Virus record (IMG/VR): IMGVR_UViG_3300045988_180190
Direction: 5' to 3' (one strand)
DNA: 64,000 nt
Origin: a virus
This document shows, piece after piece, positions 1 through 11,300 of this stretch (positions within the stretch are counted from its first letter, which is position 1; each line of letters begins with the position of its first letter). The notes under the pieces are model-generated. The model did not search any database. It saw only the letters and a program-made list of their open reading frames with translations, and was not told the origin of the DNA. The translations under genes were made by a program, and so were the position numbers.

Positions 1-422
1 AGGCGATTCTCGGGAGAATCCATATCATGAACAACAGGGTCTACAATAATATCATAGGCTATACCATTGACATCGAATTTAACTTTCATTGGATTTGTAG
101 CCATATATAATTGATGATCCACTATGGCATCCCAAAGCTCGTCCGTCGCGGGAACAGTGATTTCCAAGGTGCTATTGTCATTTGTACGTACCACAATGGG
201 AATACCAATGCGCCTAATCACTTGAGGTATAAAGGTAGAACCTCCAAAAATGGATCCGCTTTTATTCTCAAGCATACGTGTAACCCCAACTGGATGCCCT
301 AGCCTTACGATTTTTACTTCCTTGCTCTTAAAATTAGTATAGCAAGGAATCGTTTCTGTTGGGTGAAGCCTTTTATCTATTTGTGTATTATAAGTATCTG
401 ATACCTGAACTTTTTGATTCAT
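1..422 (-). CDS. hypothetical protein, N-terminal part (ORF runs off the left edge of the window)
   Basis: ATG at 422-420 opens the minus-strand frame MNQKVQVSDTYNTQIDKRLH..., which I translated with no stop down to position 1. It is absent from the ORF track because it has no stop in the window. Confidence 0.5.
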   Translation of the reverse strand, partial: MNQKVQVSDTYNTQIDKRLHPTETIPCYTNFKSKEVKIVRLGHPVGVTRMLENKSGSIFGGSTFIPQVIRRIGIPIVVRTNDNSTLEITVPATDELWDAIVDHQLYMATNPMKVKFDVNGIAYDIIVDPVVHDMDSPENR

Positions 423-598
423 TGATTTGTCCTTTAGTTAACTTGTTGTTTAATGTTAAGTTTTTTATAAGCTATGTTAATTTTAAATGCCTTGTAGCAT
501 AAAAACATTTGGTTCAAATTTAGTGGAAGTAACACTATCGTCCACCAAAAACTTTATTTTACTATTATCCACAGTACTATTATTTAAAACTACCATAT

Positions 599-1120
599 CT
601 AGCTAAGTTTTTCTCCTTTAGCTATACGGTCCTTTAATTTTTGGTCATATAATATCTCCTCTATAAGAGGGAGTGCTATAACTTCTCCCTGTTTTTTATT
701 AGCTAAATCGAAATTTTCAGGATGGCAAGAAGGGCATTGAAGCAAATGATAACATTTACCAGGCTCAAAGGTAAACCCATTTTTAGGATTTATCCCCGGT
801 TCCATGGCTTGTTTGAACTCCTTACATCCTACACAAACTAACTTCCATAGTTTATTAGATACTACTGTATGCCAACAGTCTTTACATAAGTAAGCTACAA
901 CTCCCTTTACCACAGGGGTATCAAATATAATTAACTCAGAAGCTGGAACTAATTTGCCACAGGACTTACATTTGTATTTCCCGTCATGCACATTTTCCAC
1001 TCCGAATAAATTAATGGCATCATTCTTATCCTTAATATTATCTGCCAAAGCCTCCAATCCCTTGGAAGCTTTGGACAGTTCTCCCAGTAAATCTTTATTT
1101 ATATTTTCTACGTTTGGCAT
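599..1120 (-). CDS. Cys-rich zinc-ribbon protein, function unknown
   Basis: The track ORF 599..1138 begins at a TTG. The first ATG (MPNVENI) is at 1120, 1 nt after the stop of the upstream helicase. Four CxxC pairs are present: CKSCG, CKDCW, CVGCK, CPSCH. Confidence 0.6.
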   Translation of the reverse strand: MPNVENINKDLLGELSKASKGLEALADNIKDKNDAINLFGVENVHDGKYKCKSCGKLVPASELIIFDTPVVKGVVAYLCKDCWHTVVSNKLWKLVCVGCKEFKQAMEPGINPKNGFTFEPGKCYHLLQCPSCHPENFDLANKKQGEVIALPLIEEILYDQKLKDRIAKGEKLS

Positions 1121-1121
1121 T

Positions 1122-2918
1122 TTAACTATGCGTTTCAAAATATTCGTCTAGATATTGTGATTTCTCAGAATCAGGTATATCCACGAAATTTTTTACTTCG
1201 TCAAGCTTTAATTTCTTTTTTTCTCTTTCTTCTGCGATTTTATCCTTATTAAAAAGTGACATATCGCCTATTATTTTAATAGGGGCACTTCTGGGTGGAG
1301 GTTGATAGTCTATTAATCCCAGTGACTTAAAATTTTTTAAATTAGTCGCTACAGAGCTAGTGCTAGACAACCCAAGTTCCTCTGCTAAATACTCTAAATC
1401 CACATCGTAGCATGATAACTCCGGATTTTCTATACCTACCAAATCAATCTTTTCTTTATAGGTAAGAAATTTTTTACCAATACCCTGAGTATCATCATCT
1501 GGATAATTTAGAAATTTAATCCTCGTTTCTGTGGGCTTGTCTGCACGATCAATAATTTTAAATCCTTTTAAAGCCTCACTAATACTACCAATACACAATG
1601 GATGTACTCCTATAGCGTCTGCAAGTTCTTTTAGAGTAGCCTCTACGGTATGTGTAGAGGGATTCTCTCTCTGCTTTAAAGCTTTAAAGAACTTGTAATA
1701 ATACTGTATATCTGGAAACGCATTACTGATAAAATTTAGCTGAACATTGAGAGTTTTATAATCCGCAATTAAAATACAATCGCAGTCACACCCATTACGA
1801 CCTCCTCTACCAAACTCTTGAATTAACTCTTCTAGACTACCAGGAAAAGATCTTATTATAATTTTTCCTATATCTGCCTTATTTATCCCCATACCAAAGG
1901 CATTGGTGGCAAAGGCTACACGAATATTCCCATTAATAAAGTTAGTTTGATTAGACTTTCGGTGGGAAGAAGACATTTTTCCTGTATACATCATTGCACC
2001 ACCCACTACCGAAGGTCCATACACATGATATAAGTCTTCAACCATATTTATAGTTGAACAATATACAATAGACGGAACTAGGGGTGCTTTATTGATTTCT
2101 CTAAAAATCCAGTCATCCACTAGATTTGAGTCAAGAGTTACAGACCTAAAATGTAAATTAGGTCTTGGGTAAGATTTAACTAACTTAGGCGTATCTTTCA
2201 AATTATAGATTTCTCTAATAGACCTCTCAACGTCATCGGACATCGTAGCGGTCTGCCCTAAAAATAATTTAGGACAAACGCGTTCTACAAAAGGTGCTAT
2301 TTTCTTATACGAAGACCTAAATGAAGTCGCTTGCTCGTAAGCGCAATGGATCTCGTCCACCACGATAAAATCAGGTGGAACTCTATCCATTAACTCTAAA
2401 AACTTTTTATTTTGCAATCTTTCTGGCGCCACAAATAAAAAGTCTAAAGCTCCATGCTCCCACTCAGCTAAAGCTCTATTAGACTCTGCTAAAGAAACAC
2501 CAGAAGATATTACTCCAACTTTAACCCCTCTTTGCATTAATTCTTTCCATTGATCCTGAATTAGCGCAACGAGAGGAAAAAACACAACTGTTTTATACCC
2601 CATGGCTAATGCTGGGGCTATATAGCAAAAAGATTTACCAGAAGATGTACTAGACACCAATAATAAATCTTGTCCTTTCAGCAAATGAACAATAGGTTCT
2701 ACTTGGTTGGGTCGCAGAGAGGGATACTCAAAAACATCTAAAACCTTTTGCAAATTACGCATATAGGTTGATAAGTCATGATGAGTTCTATCTAGTGAAG
2801 ATAGTATTCTCCGCTTCTCAAAAATAGAAATTTTTGTATTTGCGTTTTGGGTAGATGGGTTAGCAATATTTGCTACGCCATCTTTGGATAAGGGTTCAAG
2901 TGAATTAGTCTGATCCAT
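1122..2918 (-). CDS. RecQ-family SF2 DNA helicase
   Basis: Walker A SSTSSGKSFCY, DEIH box VVDEIHCAYE, helicase C motifs ATNAFGMGINKADI and EFGRGGRNG. 598 aa. Confidence 0.85.
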   Translation of the reverse strand: MDQTNSLEPLSKDGVANIANPSTQNANTKISIFEKRRILSSLDRTHHDLSTYMRNLQKVLDVFEYPSLRPNQVEPIVHLLKGQDLLLVSSTSSGKSFCYIAPALAMGYKTVVFFPLVALIQDQWKELMQRGVKVGVISSGVSLAESNRALAEWEHGALDFLFVAPERLQNKKFLELMDRVPPDFIVVDEIHCAYEQATSFRSSYKKIAPFVERVCPKLFLGQTATMSDDVERSIREIYNLKDTPKLVKSYPRPNLHFRSVTLDSNLVDDWIFREINKAPLVPSIVYCSTINMVEDLYHVYGPSVVGGAMMYTGKMSSSHRKSNQTNFINGNIRVAFATNAFGMGINKADIGKIIIRSFPGSLEELIQEFGRGGRNGCDCDCILIADYKTLNVQLNFISNAFPDIQYYYKFFKALKQRENPSTHTVEATLKELADAIGVHPLCIGSISEALKGFKIIDRADKPTETRIKFLNYPDDDTQGIGKKFLTYKEKIDLVGIENPELSCYDVDLEYLAEELGLSSTSSVATNLKNFKSLGLIDYQPPPRSAPIKIIGDMSLFNKDKIAEEREKKKLKLDEVKNFVDIPDSEKSQYLDEYFETHS

Positions 2919-3364
2919 TTATTTGTGTGTAAATAAACCTTTCGTTTTTGTAGTACTTCTTAATAAAATAAAACAGGAACCTGAAGAGATTCGAGATAAG
3001 ATAATACTACTATAATTTTGCTTTGAGGAATGGCTATCATCGTAAAACTAATTTGATGCCCAAAAAAACCTAAAGAGGTAATTGGGATATATTATGCCGC
3101 TAATAATGCTTCATAAAAGGATTTACATTCTACATCCTATTTTCTGATATACTATTTCCAGTGGATAAATTGTCCGGTCGCTTAGAGTCATTCCAATGTT
3201 TTAATAAGCAAAATGGAATTAGTATTACCCCTTCCTTATAAAATTTATAGCATGACCTATAGCGTTTATCAGTAAATATTTGCTGTAGAGTAATCTTATT
3301 TTGGTTTACTAATTCTTCCATATTCTTGTCCAATTTAAAGCTAGGTAAATACGGAATAGATAGC

Positions 3365-3560
3365 ATTATTGAGTAATATGCCCGCAGCAAGCGGGCAAAA
3401 TTAAACAAGGGACACAAGCCCTTACACCCATGAAATAGTATCATGGCTGACATTCTCCAACCACTAAAGTAGTTGGGTTCTCCTAACCTCACGGTTTAGG
3501 TTTTCTGTTTCATCGGCGACTGCATTGGATGCTTCTGCATCCTTTAGTCTTACACCACCT
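3365..3560 (-). ncRNA. candidate omega RNA (reRNA) of TnpB element 1
   Basis: It overlaps the 3' end of tnpB and the sequence downstream, as omega RNAs do. Visible stems on the minus strand: ccaactactttagtggttgg, gggcttgtgtccc, gcccgcttgctgcgggc. The extent is approximate. Confidence 0.45.
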
Positions 3561-4663
3561 CCACAGACAAACACGACTTGCCCAGCCGCTAAAATATTTT
3601 TAGCTGCGTTTATATCTCTATCTAATACACTTCCGCAGACTGGACATGTCCAGGACCTTTCGGAAAGCTTTAAGTTTTGTTTGATATAACCGCAGTGATT
3701 GCAAGTTTTAGAGGAAGGAAAAAATCGATCAATGATTTTTAGCTCTCTTCCATACCACTTACATTTGTATTCCAATATATTGCGCAACATACTCCAAGAA
3801 GAATTGGAGATAGCGTGTGCTAACTTATGATTTTTAAGCATATTTTTTACTGCAAGATCTTCCATAACTATCGTTTGGTTTTCACGAATTAGTTTGGTTG
3901 TAATCTTATGTAAATTATCTATACGCTTATTTAAAATTGTTTGATAGCATTTAGCTACCTTGACGTTTGCTTTGGTTCTATTCTTAGAACCTAACTTTTT
4001 GCAAGAAGCCTTACGTTGCAATCTTCGTAATTTATTAAAATCTTTTTTAGTATCCGGATTTTTGAATACTTCCGCATTTGAAGTTGTTATTAAATTGTGC
4101 AGCCCCAAATCCAGACCTACGGATTTATTTGAAACGGGAAGTTTGCAATCTTCATTACGATCTACAGTAATTGAAAAATACCATTCTTGAGAAGGTGTTA
4201 ATCTAACCGTTAAGGAGATTAATTTATCTGTAGGTTTAATTCTCCAATTATCTTTAGATAATTTTAAAGGTTGCTTGGACTTAGCAATATAAACTTGGTT
4301 ATTTTTGATTCTAAACCCCGAAGTAGTAAATCTTGCTGAACTTCCTGAAGATTTCTTTTTAAACTTAGGGTATTTGGCGCGTTTTGCAAAAAAGTTATCA
4401 AACGCTGCGCCTAAATTTTTTATAGCTTGTTGTAAACAAACATTAGATACTTCATTTAACCATGAGTATTCAGGCTGACGTTTCCATTTTGTAAGCTCTT
4501 TCATTAAATCAAACGAACTTAATGATTTGCCTGTTTGCGTAAATGTTGAAGACTTAAGATCAAGACTTTTATTATAGATAAACCTAGCGCATCCCAAGGT
4601 TCTACGTAGAAGAATCTCTTGATCTTTTGTAGGATAAAATCTATGCTTTATAGTCTTTATCAT
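3464..4663 (-). CDS. tnpB: TnpB (OrfB) RNA-guided endonuclease, IS200/IS605 family
   Basis: N-terminus HRFYPTKDQEILLRRTLGCARFIYN. RuvC residues in VGLDLGL, IVMEDL and DRDINAAKNI. Zinc ribbon CNHCG...CPVCG. Confidence 0.9.
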   Translation of the reverse strand: MIKTIKHRFYPTKDQEILLRRTLGCARFIYNKSLDLKSSTFTQTGKSLSSFDLMKELTKWKRQPEYSWLNEVSNVCLQQAIKNLGAAFDNFFAKRAKYPKFKKKSSGSSARFTTSGFRIKNNQVYIAKSKQPLKLSKDNWRIKPTDKLISLTVRLTPSQEWYFSITVDRNEDCKLPVSNKSVGLDLGLHNLITTSNAEVFKNPDTKKDFNKLRRLQRKASCKKLGSKNRTKANVKVAKCYQTILNKRIDNLHKITTKLIRENQTIVMEDLAVKNMLKNHKLAHAISNSSWSMLRNILEYKCKWYGRELKIIDRFFPSSKTCNHCGYIKQNLKLSERSWTCPVCGSVLDRDINAAKNILAAGQVVFVCGGGVRLKDAEASNAVADETENLNREVRRTQLL

Positions 4664-4761
4664 TTTTAATTGAACTTATTTAACTAAATAGATTCAAATA
4701 ATGCAAGAAAAATTTTTCAAATTTACCCACGCTTTAAAGCGTGGGCTTGTTTTAAATGTTG

Positions 4762-5277
4762 TCATATACTTACTAAAAATGACTTTAAGGATATGAGTTG
4801 CCTGCATTCAGGAAATTCAAAAGTATCACCTCCTGCACGTAATTTATTCATAGTAGTAGATGAGGTAACCATAGAAATCACAGTGGCATCATTATCCTGC
4901 ACAACGTATTTTTTTAAAATAGTACTTGGAGTATACATAAACAAATTATTTGGAGGGCTATAATTTGTCTCTACCAGTAGCATCATAACATCGGGATTGG
5001 TTGATTTAGAGTCCAAAACATTAAATAATGCTGCGTCTGGATTTCCTCTCACAGAAGCATTTATAAATGATATTAATGGATTTAGGCTCTCATACACTAC
5101 AATTAAATTTTCATCCTCTAGGGGTAAGTTCAAAACCCCTAGAGAATTTGATAAATAAAACAAAGCCTCACTTGCATTTTTTACTTCTGAGGGAAACTTT
5201 ACTCGAGTAAGTTTACGCAAAGACTGTAAAAAATTATAATCTGTGTAGACTGGAAACTTAGAGATCGTGCTCGACAT
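4762..5277 (-). CDS. hypothetical protein
   Basis: The track ORF starts at a GTG at 5310. The first ATG (MSSTISKF) is at 5277, a short overlap with the upstream gene end. Confidence 0.5.
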   Translation of the reverse strand: MSSTISKFPVYTDYNFLQSLRKLTRVKFPSEVKNASEALFYLSNSLGVLNLPLEDENLIVVYESLNPLISFINASVRGNPDAALFNVLDSKSTNPDVMMLLVETNYSPPNNLFMYTPSTILKKYVVQDNDATVISMVTSSTTMNKLRAGGDTFEFPECRQLISLKSFLVSI

Positions 5278-6766
5278 TGCTTTGAGTTTTAGATTTGGGC
5301 TTACGCCCACGTTTCTTTGGCGTAATGATTGTGGCTATAGGAACTTCTTGAGAAGATTCATCCAAGGAAACTTCCCCAGAAGTTGCATTGTCTATGTCCT
5401 CCAACGTCTCCTCCACAACAACTGTACCCTCTGGATCTTCGGAACTAGAGGAGTCCCCCTCTAAAACCTGGTCTTCTTCTATGGATATATCTCCAATAGA
5501 TTGTGGTACTTCAAGCCCCCTTATATTTAAGTCAGATAAAATGTCCGCAATAATATCTTCGCGTTTTAATACCTTGATAAACTCTTGTCTTGGAACTTTT
5601 TCTAAACCAAGTGGCTTAGACGTAAAAGTATCTTTTTGTACAGAATCCACTTTTACCCCATATAAATGTTCTTTTATAAACATCTCTGGAAGTCCATAGT
5701 CAAATTTCAGTGGATCATCCCAGGCGTCATCTGTGTCTTCGCTATGGTCTATATTTAGCAAATAAATGCAATCCCTAAAGGGTATAGACTGCGAATTTTT
5801 TACCACCTTTAATTTGACCACCTGCCCTACTGCCTGCTTACTCGTGCTAGTTTCTTTCATGAGAATCTTTCCCTTAGTAAGCGTAAACTGTAAGGCTGCA
5901 CTCTGATTTACGGCATTACCTCCAATTTTTGTACGATTATTCTCTTTTAAATCTGCCGAAGTTAAATATCTGGCAGCGAAAGAATTCATCTCGATCTTAG
6001 TATTTTGGTGAGATACTATAATAAGGCATACACCATACTCCTGCAAAATATGAGGCATCTCTCTAGTCCATTTTTGAAGTGTCTTAGAAAACTCCAAATT
6101 TGAGGTCTCATCTAAGGAATTACTCGAAGGATTTCCTGACTTATCACCGAGCCCAACCAGAGCCGCCTCTCCTTTAGGCATAAGTTTTGATAGGGTATCT
6201 ATAACAACGAAAATAGGAGAATCAGATTTTGCAATTCCGCGCTTATCCAAATTTTCTCGCAAAACACGACTAAAATTTGTAATTGACTCTAATGCATGTG
6301 TTAGTGAAGCTACCTCACTCCATCTGACTCTAGTATTAATCATGCTACGTGCCTCCTTCTTATTTGTACTAAAACAGGAGGCTATTCTATCTTCTCCAAA
6401 CAATTTATTCTTACCCTCGGAATTCAGATATAATGCAGTGGCATAAGGATGAGCTCTCAACCCCATTCCAATAAGAGACAAAGCCATGGTGGTTTTACCA
6501 ATACCGTCTTCCCCTACAATTTCAATTGCGGTCCCCACATTAAATCCATTTTCAGCAAATACATACTGTAACAATATATGGTTTAGTGGTAAGGCTAGTG
6601 AAGCTTCTTGATCCAAGAAATTTTTTAAACTTAATCCAGCAAGTGATGCTTTCTTACCCGTACCCATTGCTCTTAAAGATACTTCTGTATCTATTAATAG
6701 ATCGTTCAAAACATCAGAGGGGTTTTCCTCTGATGTTTCTATTTTCTTTTGATTCATTTTAGGCAT
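5258..6766 (-). CDS. RecA-like recombination ATPase (UvsX/RecA/Sak4-type) with C-terminal AT-hook
   Basis: Walker A IEIVGEDGIGKTTMALS resembles the RecA EIYGPESSGKTT. Walker B is IFVVIDTLSKL. An acidic tail is followed by KKRGRKPKSK. Confidence 0.7.
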   Translation of the reverse strand: MPKMNQKKIETSEENPSDVLNDLLIDTEVSLRAMGTGKKASLAGLSLKNFLDQEASLALPLNHILLQYVFAENGFNVGTAIEIVGEDGIGKTTMALSLIGMGLRAHPYATALYLNSEGKNKLFGEDRIASCFSTNKKEARSMINTRVRWSEVASLTHALESITNFSRVLRENLDKRGIAKSDSPIFVVIDTLSKLMPKGEAALVGLGDKSGNPSSNSLDETSNLEFSKTLQKWTREMPHILQEYGVCLIIVSHQNTKIEMNSFAARYLTSADLKENNRTKIGGNAVNQSAALQFTLTKGKILMKETSTSKQAVGQVVKLKVVKNSQSIPFRDCIYLLNIDHSEDTDDAWDDPLKFDYGLPEMFIKEHLYGVKVDSVQKDTFTSKPLGLEKVPRQEFIKVLKREDIIADILSDLNIRGLEVPQSIGDISIEEDQVLEGDSSSSEDPEGTVVVEETLEDIDNATSGEVSLDESSQEVPIATIITPKKRGRKPKSKTQSNVEHDL

Positions 6767-6776
6767 TAGCTATAAA

Positions 6777-8279
6777 CTATTGAATTTTTGTGTTGAGTTG
6801 AAAATACTCCATCATTGAACTTGGAGTCAATGATTGAGGATTAGATATCATTGTCATATGCAGTGTCTTGAACTTTTCATACTCCTCCGGAGAGAGTGAC
6901 GCTTTAGCTTTTTCTAAAATCACAGCTTCGTCCTTCCGATCCGATTCCTTGTTGTCAAGAAGTTTCACTGGTATTTCTGGAGCTGGAACATAATCCTCCA
7001 CTATAAAATCTGACTCTGGTATTTGTTCTGATTTAATTGAGTCAGCAACAACTTCCCGATTGATCGGGGGGAGATTGGAGGTAGCAGTGTCCTTAGTAAA
7101 AGTCGGAGTTGTCGGAGTATTTTGTACTATTGGCATTTCTACACGCTGAGGAGCGTTGGGAAACCTGTGCCCTGCTACACCTGGAGTAGGAGTTTTTATT
7201 CCTTCTGAAATGCTCTTTTTGAATGACTCCCTTGCAGCTAAAATCTCCTCACCTTCCTCTCTGAGGTCAAGATTTAATACACCTTCCGGGAAAGCTCCAG
7301 AATCTGCAGCTTTTTTCAGTAGCGTAACTGGAACCAGTGGGTCTTTACATAGCAAGTCTAACTGCCTTTGATATGACCAAATATCAAGAACATTGTCTGG
7401 ATCGCATAAAATATATCTTTTACGCAGAATGTCATCAGACACTGGATAAATTGTATGTCCTAAACGTGTCTCATTATTTGGATCCTTTGAAGGCGTTAGG
7501 GTAAGTATATTGGAATTCGTTAGAGAATTTCGACAGTATCTTACTTCTAGCAAACATCCTGTGTTTTGGTCAGTTACATCTCCAAAAAGCAAATCTGGAT
7601 AATTCTCGGATACTGGAGCAAGTCCGGAATTAACTGGAATTTGATGTTTTACGATTTGTATTAGTGTCTGAAACATTTGCTCGCTATATACACCGATCTT
7701 TTGCTCCATTTCCCCGGAGGTATTATTCTTATGAAGAATGTTGGACAAAACTAGTGTACGAGGCTTGGAAGGCAATGTGCAAGACTCGAGACTTGCTTGA
7801 AAATTTTGCTGAAACTCAATTAATTTTGCTTCTTCCTGAGTTATTGTAGGTGCTCCTGTGTAAGGATTGGAGGTTGCATACTTCCCGGAATTGAAGTAGA
7901 TAAATCTTCTCAAATCATTAATAGCATCTACACCTTTTCTTGGATACTTGTGGGAGGATACATCCAGGGTATCGGGAGATAGTAAATGTGTACGAAGTTT
8001 CCCGAAATACATATATCCCTTAACAAATTGTGCCCAGGAAGTATATTGACCTGAAGATGTCTTAAATGGTTCAGTTGAAGATAAAAGTGCTTCTGTATTA
8101 TCTTGATACGAAAAATCCATTCCTGGGAGTATACGAATTACCATATTTGGCTCGCCATCCCTTGGGGGAGCCAAGCGAACCCAAGGGAGATTATTTTTGA
8201 AAAACGAAGAGCCTGAAGCCTTGTGTGATTGTGACGTTATATTGTGTTGTGAATTTTGTGATAAGTTTAGATATTTCAT
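6777..8279 (-). CDS. hypothetical protein (500 aa) in the replication module
   Basis: Long uninterrupted ORF with an ATG start, tightly packed between the RecA-like gene and the polymerase gene. I recognise no motif. Confidence 0.6.
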   Translation of the reverse strand: MKYLNLSQNSQHNITSQSHKASGSSFFKNNLPWVRLAPPRDGEPNMVIRILPGMDFSYQDNTEALLSSTEPFKTSSGQYTSWAQFVKGYMYFGKLRTHLLSPDTLDVSSHKYPRKGVDAINDLRRFIYFNSGKYATSNPYTGAPTITQEEAKLIEFQQNFQASLESCTLPSKPRTLVLSNILHKNNTSGEMEQKIGVYSEQMFQTLIQIVKHQIPVNSGLAPVSENYPDLLFGDVTDQNTGCLLEVRYCRNSLTNSNILTLTPSKDPNNETRLGHTIYPVSDDILRKRYILCDPDNVLDIWSYQRQLDLLCKDPLVPVTLLKKAADSGAFPEGVLNLDLREEGEEILAARESFKKSISEGIKTPTPGVAGHRFPNAPQRVEMPIVQNTPTTPTFTKDTATSNLPPINREVVADSIKSEQIPESDFIVEDYVPAPEIPVKLLDNKESDRKDEAVILEKAKASLSPEEYEKFKTLHMTMISNPQSLTPSSMMEYFQLNTKIQ

Positions 8280-8336
8280 GTGTTCTATTTCCTTAATTTA
8301 TTCTTTGTATTTTCTATGATTTATAGCTCGCCAGAC

Positions 8337-11300
8337 TTACTTAATTTGGTATTTCTGGCAAGCGTTTTTTAGTCCAATTTGTAATTCATGTTTTTCTTCT
8401 TCCGAAGGAGCTGTGCTCCAACGCTTTGTGACTTCAACTTCAATATTATATCGTAATCTGCCTCCTTTCAAATCCCAATAATTGTTATCCGACATAAAAA
8501 ATTTAAGCATACTGCTAGCGAGATCTACTTCCTCATAGGGTGCTAAAATGTAAATAGCGTCATATAACGGTATCACCGCCCTACTTTTCATATGCAACCT
8601 CATGAAACAAGCATTTAATGCAGGTATAGCTCTTGCTAGTGAATCAGCAACCAATGACTGAAGCCCTATATTACAAGCTTCTCTACGTAACTTACTAACA
8701 ATACTTTCCCTTAGATCATCTGACATTTGAGCATCCAGAGGGGGAACTTTGAAATGGCGTTTAAAACCTGAGGGAGACAAATAATACCCCTGTCCCTCTG
8801 GGAGAGTTTTGCACCAATCTAAATATTCTTTTACCTGTGGCTTGGTATTCATATAACCGTCAATAACTTTTTGCCCGGTACCAGGTTCTGGTTTTTCTCC
8901 AGCGGCAATCTCAATTTTTCTCTCCAGCAATGAGGGGCTTGCACCATAAGGTATAGAGTTATGTGACAAAAGGGTCATATCTATATACTTATGTGTATCA
9001 CACTCAATAGCTATTACGTCATATGAAGGAATCAGTTCTTTCGAGACTACTTTAATTATAGCTACAGTTTCCCCTAAGAAGAAATGATCTAAATAAGTTA
9101 ATGACAACTTATGATCACCCTCTAAAGTTGTGCACCAGCCTATCGTAGATGCTAAGACTGCTAAATCGGATAGTAGATCATCGTTAGGAGACTCTAAGCT
9201 TTGTTCCCCTTCCTTAAACAATTTGCAAATGATTTCACTTCTTATGGTTGGGTCACACACAAATAACTCGCAAGGAAGTCTATACGACATGTTACTAGAG
9301 TTACTAATAATATCATTCACGAAATAATCTACGTCATGACTTACATTAACATCCTTTTTCCCGAATGGAATATTAAAGCTAAAAGAAAGAACGTCGGCAC
9401 CTATGCTTAAATCTTCCACCTTTTCCCATTTCTCATAATGGCTGTCTCTACCATCACGTGAAACCCTCAGTTTATGGTCGCTCTTAAATGTAGCTACCAC
9501 ACCATTACTAAAGCGCACCTTATAGCATTCTTGATCCTTTAACCTTACAACATTAAGTACTCTTGTGGCATCAAACGGAGATTTTAAATAGTCTCCTACT
9601 TGAATAGTGTTAGCCTTAACATATCCACCCTTAGATATAGAATAAATATAATTTTCTTCTCCAGAGCAGAAATTAGCGGTTTTGCCTATAGCATTACGTG
9701 TTTTACGCTTATCGAGTTTTTCCCGTGGAGTATTTAAAACATATTTATTCTCTACGGCTGTCCAATGAACATCCTGTAGCGGATGTTTCAGGGTTCCATC
9801 TTTATTACGTACCAAATCTGGGTCATTAGGATCTGTAAGCAATGCTGGGTCTTTCGCATCTTCTGTGAATTCCACTATGTCATCACAGTATGCTATACGC
9901 ACTTGCTTAATACTCCCATCCGGCATTTTCTTGAACGCAAATTGAGGATCAGGGTCATTCAGTGTAGCAATCAATTTTTTGTCATTTGCTAAATATGCGA
10001 TCGTGAATACCTCCGCTGTGGCGTAGTCGGCATCAACAAAACAATAACCTTCTGGGGCTTTGAAACACCATCTTAAAGGTACAGGAACCAAATCCTTAAT
10101 TGTTATATTCTCTTTTATATTATAAGTACTTTTCAGAGAATCAACAATACTCCTAAAATTATCTTGGTCGTAGTTTGAAGTGTCAGATATATCTTCTACA
10201 TTAAGAAACTTTAAAACTTTCTTAAATCCATGACTAATATAGTCGGAAACGTCACTTGGAACATTTAATATATTTGGTTTAAACGACCGTGGTCTACTCG
10301 ATTCGGTCATAACAAAGTTGGAATGCAGCCTTCCATCCGAAGTTAAATACTTTTGCAATCCACCGTCTTCCCCCTTCAAGAAACTTTTTGTAACTTGGTT
10401 TATAGCATTTAGTTGTAATAAATGCAAACATAAGTCATCCCCTTTATCAGAAAATATCTTTAACGTATCTTTATCCACTGCAGGAGAATATTTCTTTTGT
10501 TTAGCCGGGGGCATTTTTAAGACTCTCTCCCAGGGAATGGCATTTCCTTCTTGGGGTTTTGTAGTCTTGATCGGCGTGTACTTTTTTATGTCAAATAGCC
10601 AACGCTTTTTATGATCCGCAGAATTAGGATTAAAAGAATCTATTGTGTAATAATGCTCGAGATAAGGTAGGATAGGCAAGGCATTGCGTTTATACAAGCG
10701 TTTCAAAAGATTAAATATATCTTCCAAACTTCTACCTTCTTCAAAATATCTTTGTATTTCTGCAATATTAGCGATAGGGGTTTCTTGAGCTATCTTAGAG
10801 ACTTCAGTATAAAATAAGTCATGCGCCTCTTTTTTAATCATCATCATAAATAGCTTCTGCATTATAAGACCTGCAGCGAGATAAGCTATTCTAGCTTTAT
10901 TAGCATCCTCTGCGCAAAATGGTACCCCCGCTATAGACATAGAGGTAAATCCATCAATCACAAACGGCAATTTTATATTCATAAAATAGTCATAAGTGCC
11001 GTCCCTTATTAGCATGTCTTTTATAATTGGATATAATCTAAAGGTCACATCTGCGTCAGAACATCCGTAAGGAAACAAAATACTCAATGGAATTTGACCA
11101 TATCCTTGTTCCTCGTCAAAAGACACTCCTTTATTAGATTTTTTCCAAAGAATCAGCTCAATGTCATATCTACCTTTATCTGTATACTTTGCTGCCAGTT
11201 TCTCCAATTTTTGATCCGCATATTCGTCTACAGTTTGTATGCCAAACATTGTATCAAAAATAAACTTTCCATTATACACCTCTAAACCTAAATGTGTAAG

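Larger units (their letters stand above)
3360..4755 (-). mobile_element. IS200/IS605-family tnpB-only element (element 1); boundaries approximate
   Basis: A TnpB ORF sits in an otherwise oversized intergenic gap. A subterminal hairpin cccacgctttaaagcgtggg (4726-4745) lies upstream of tnpB. A structured region ending in hairpin tgcccgcagcaagcgggca (3379-3397) lies downstream. No tnpA is adjacent. Confidence 0.6.

Noticed and set aside
3130-3492. 120-aa minus-strand ORF downstream of TnpB element 1
   Set aside because: It overlaps the TnpB 3' end and the hairpin-rich omega RNA / right-end region. Its composition looks non-coding, and there is no sensible start context.
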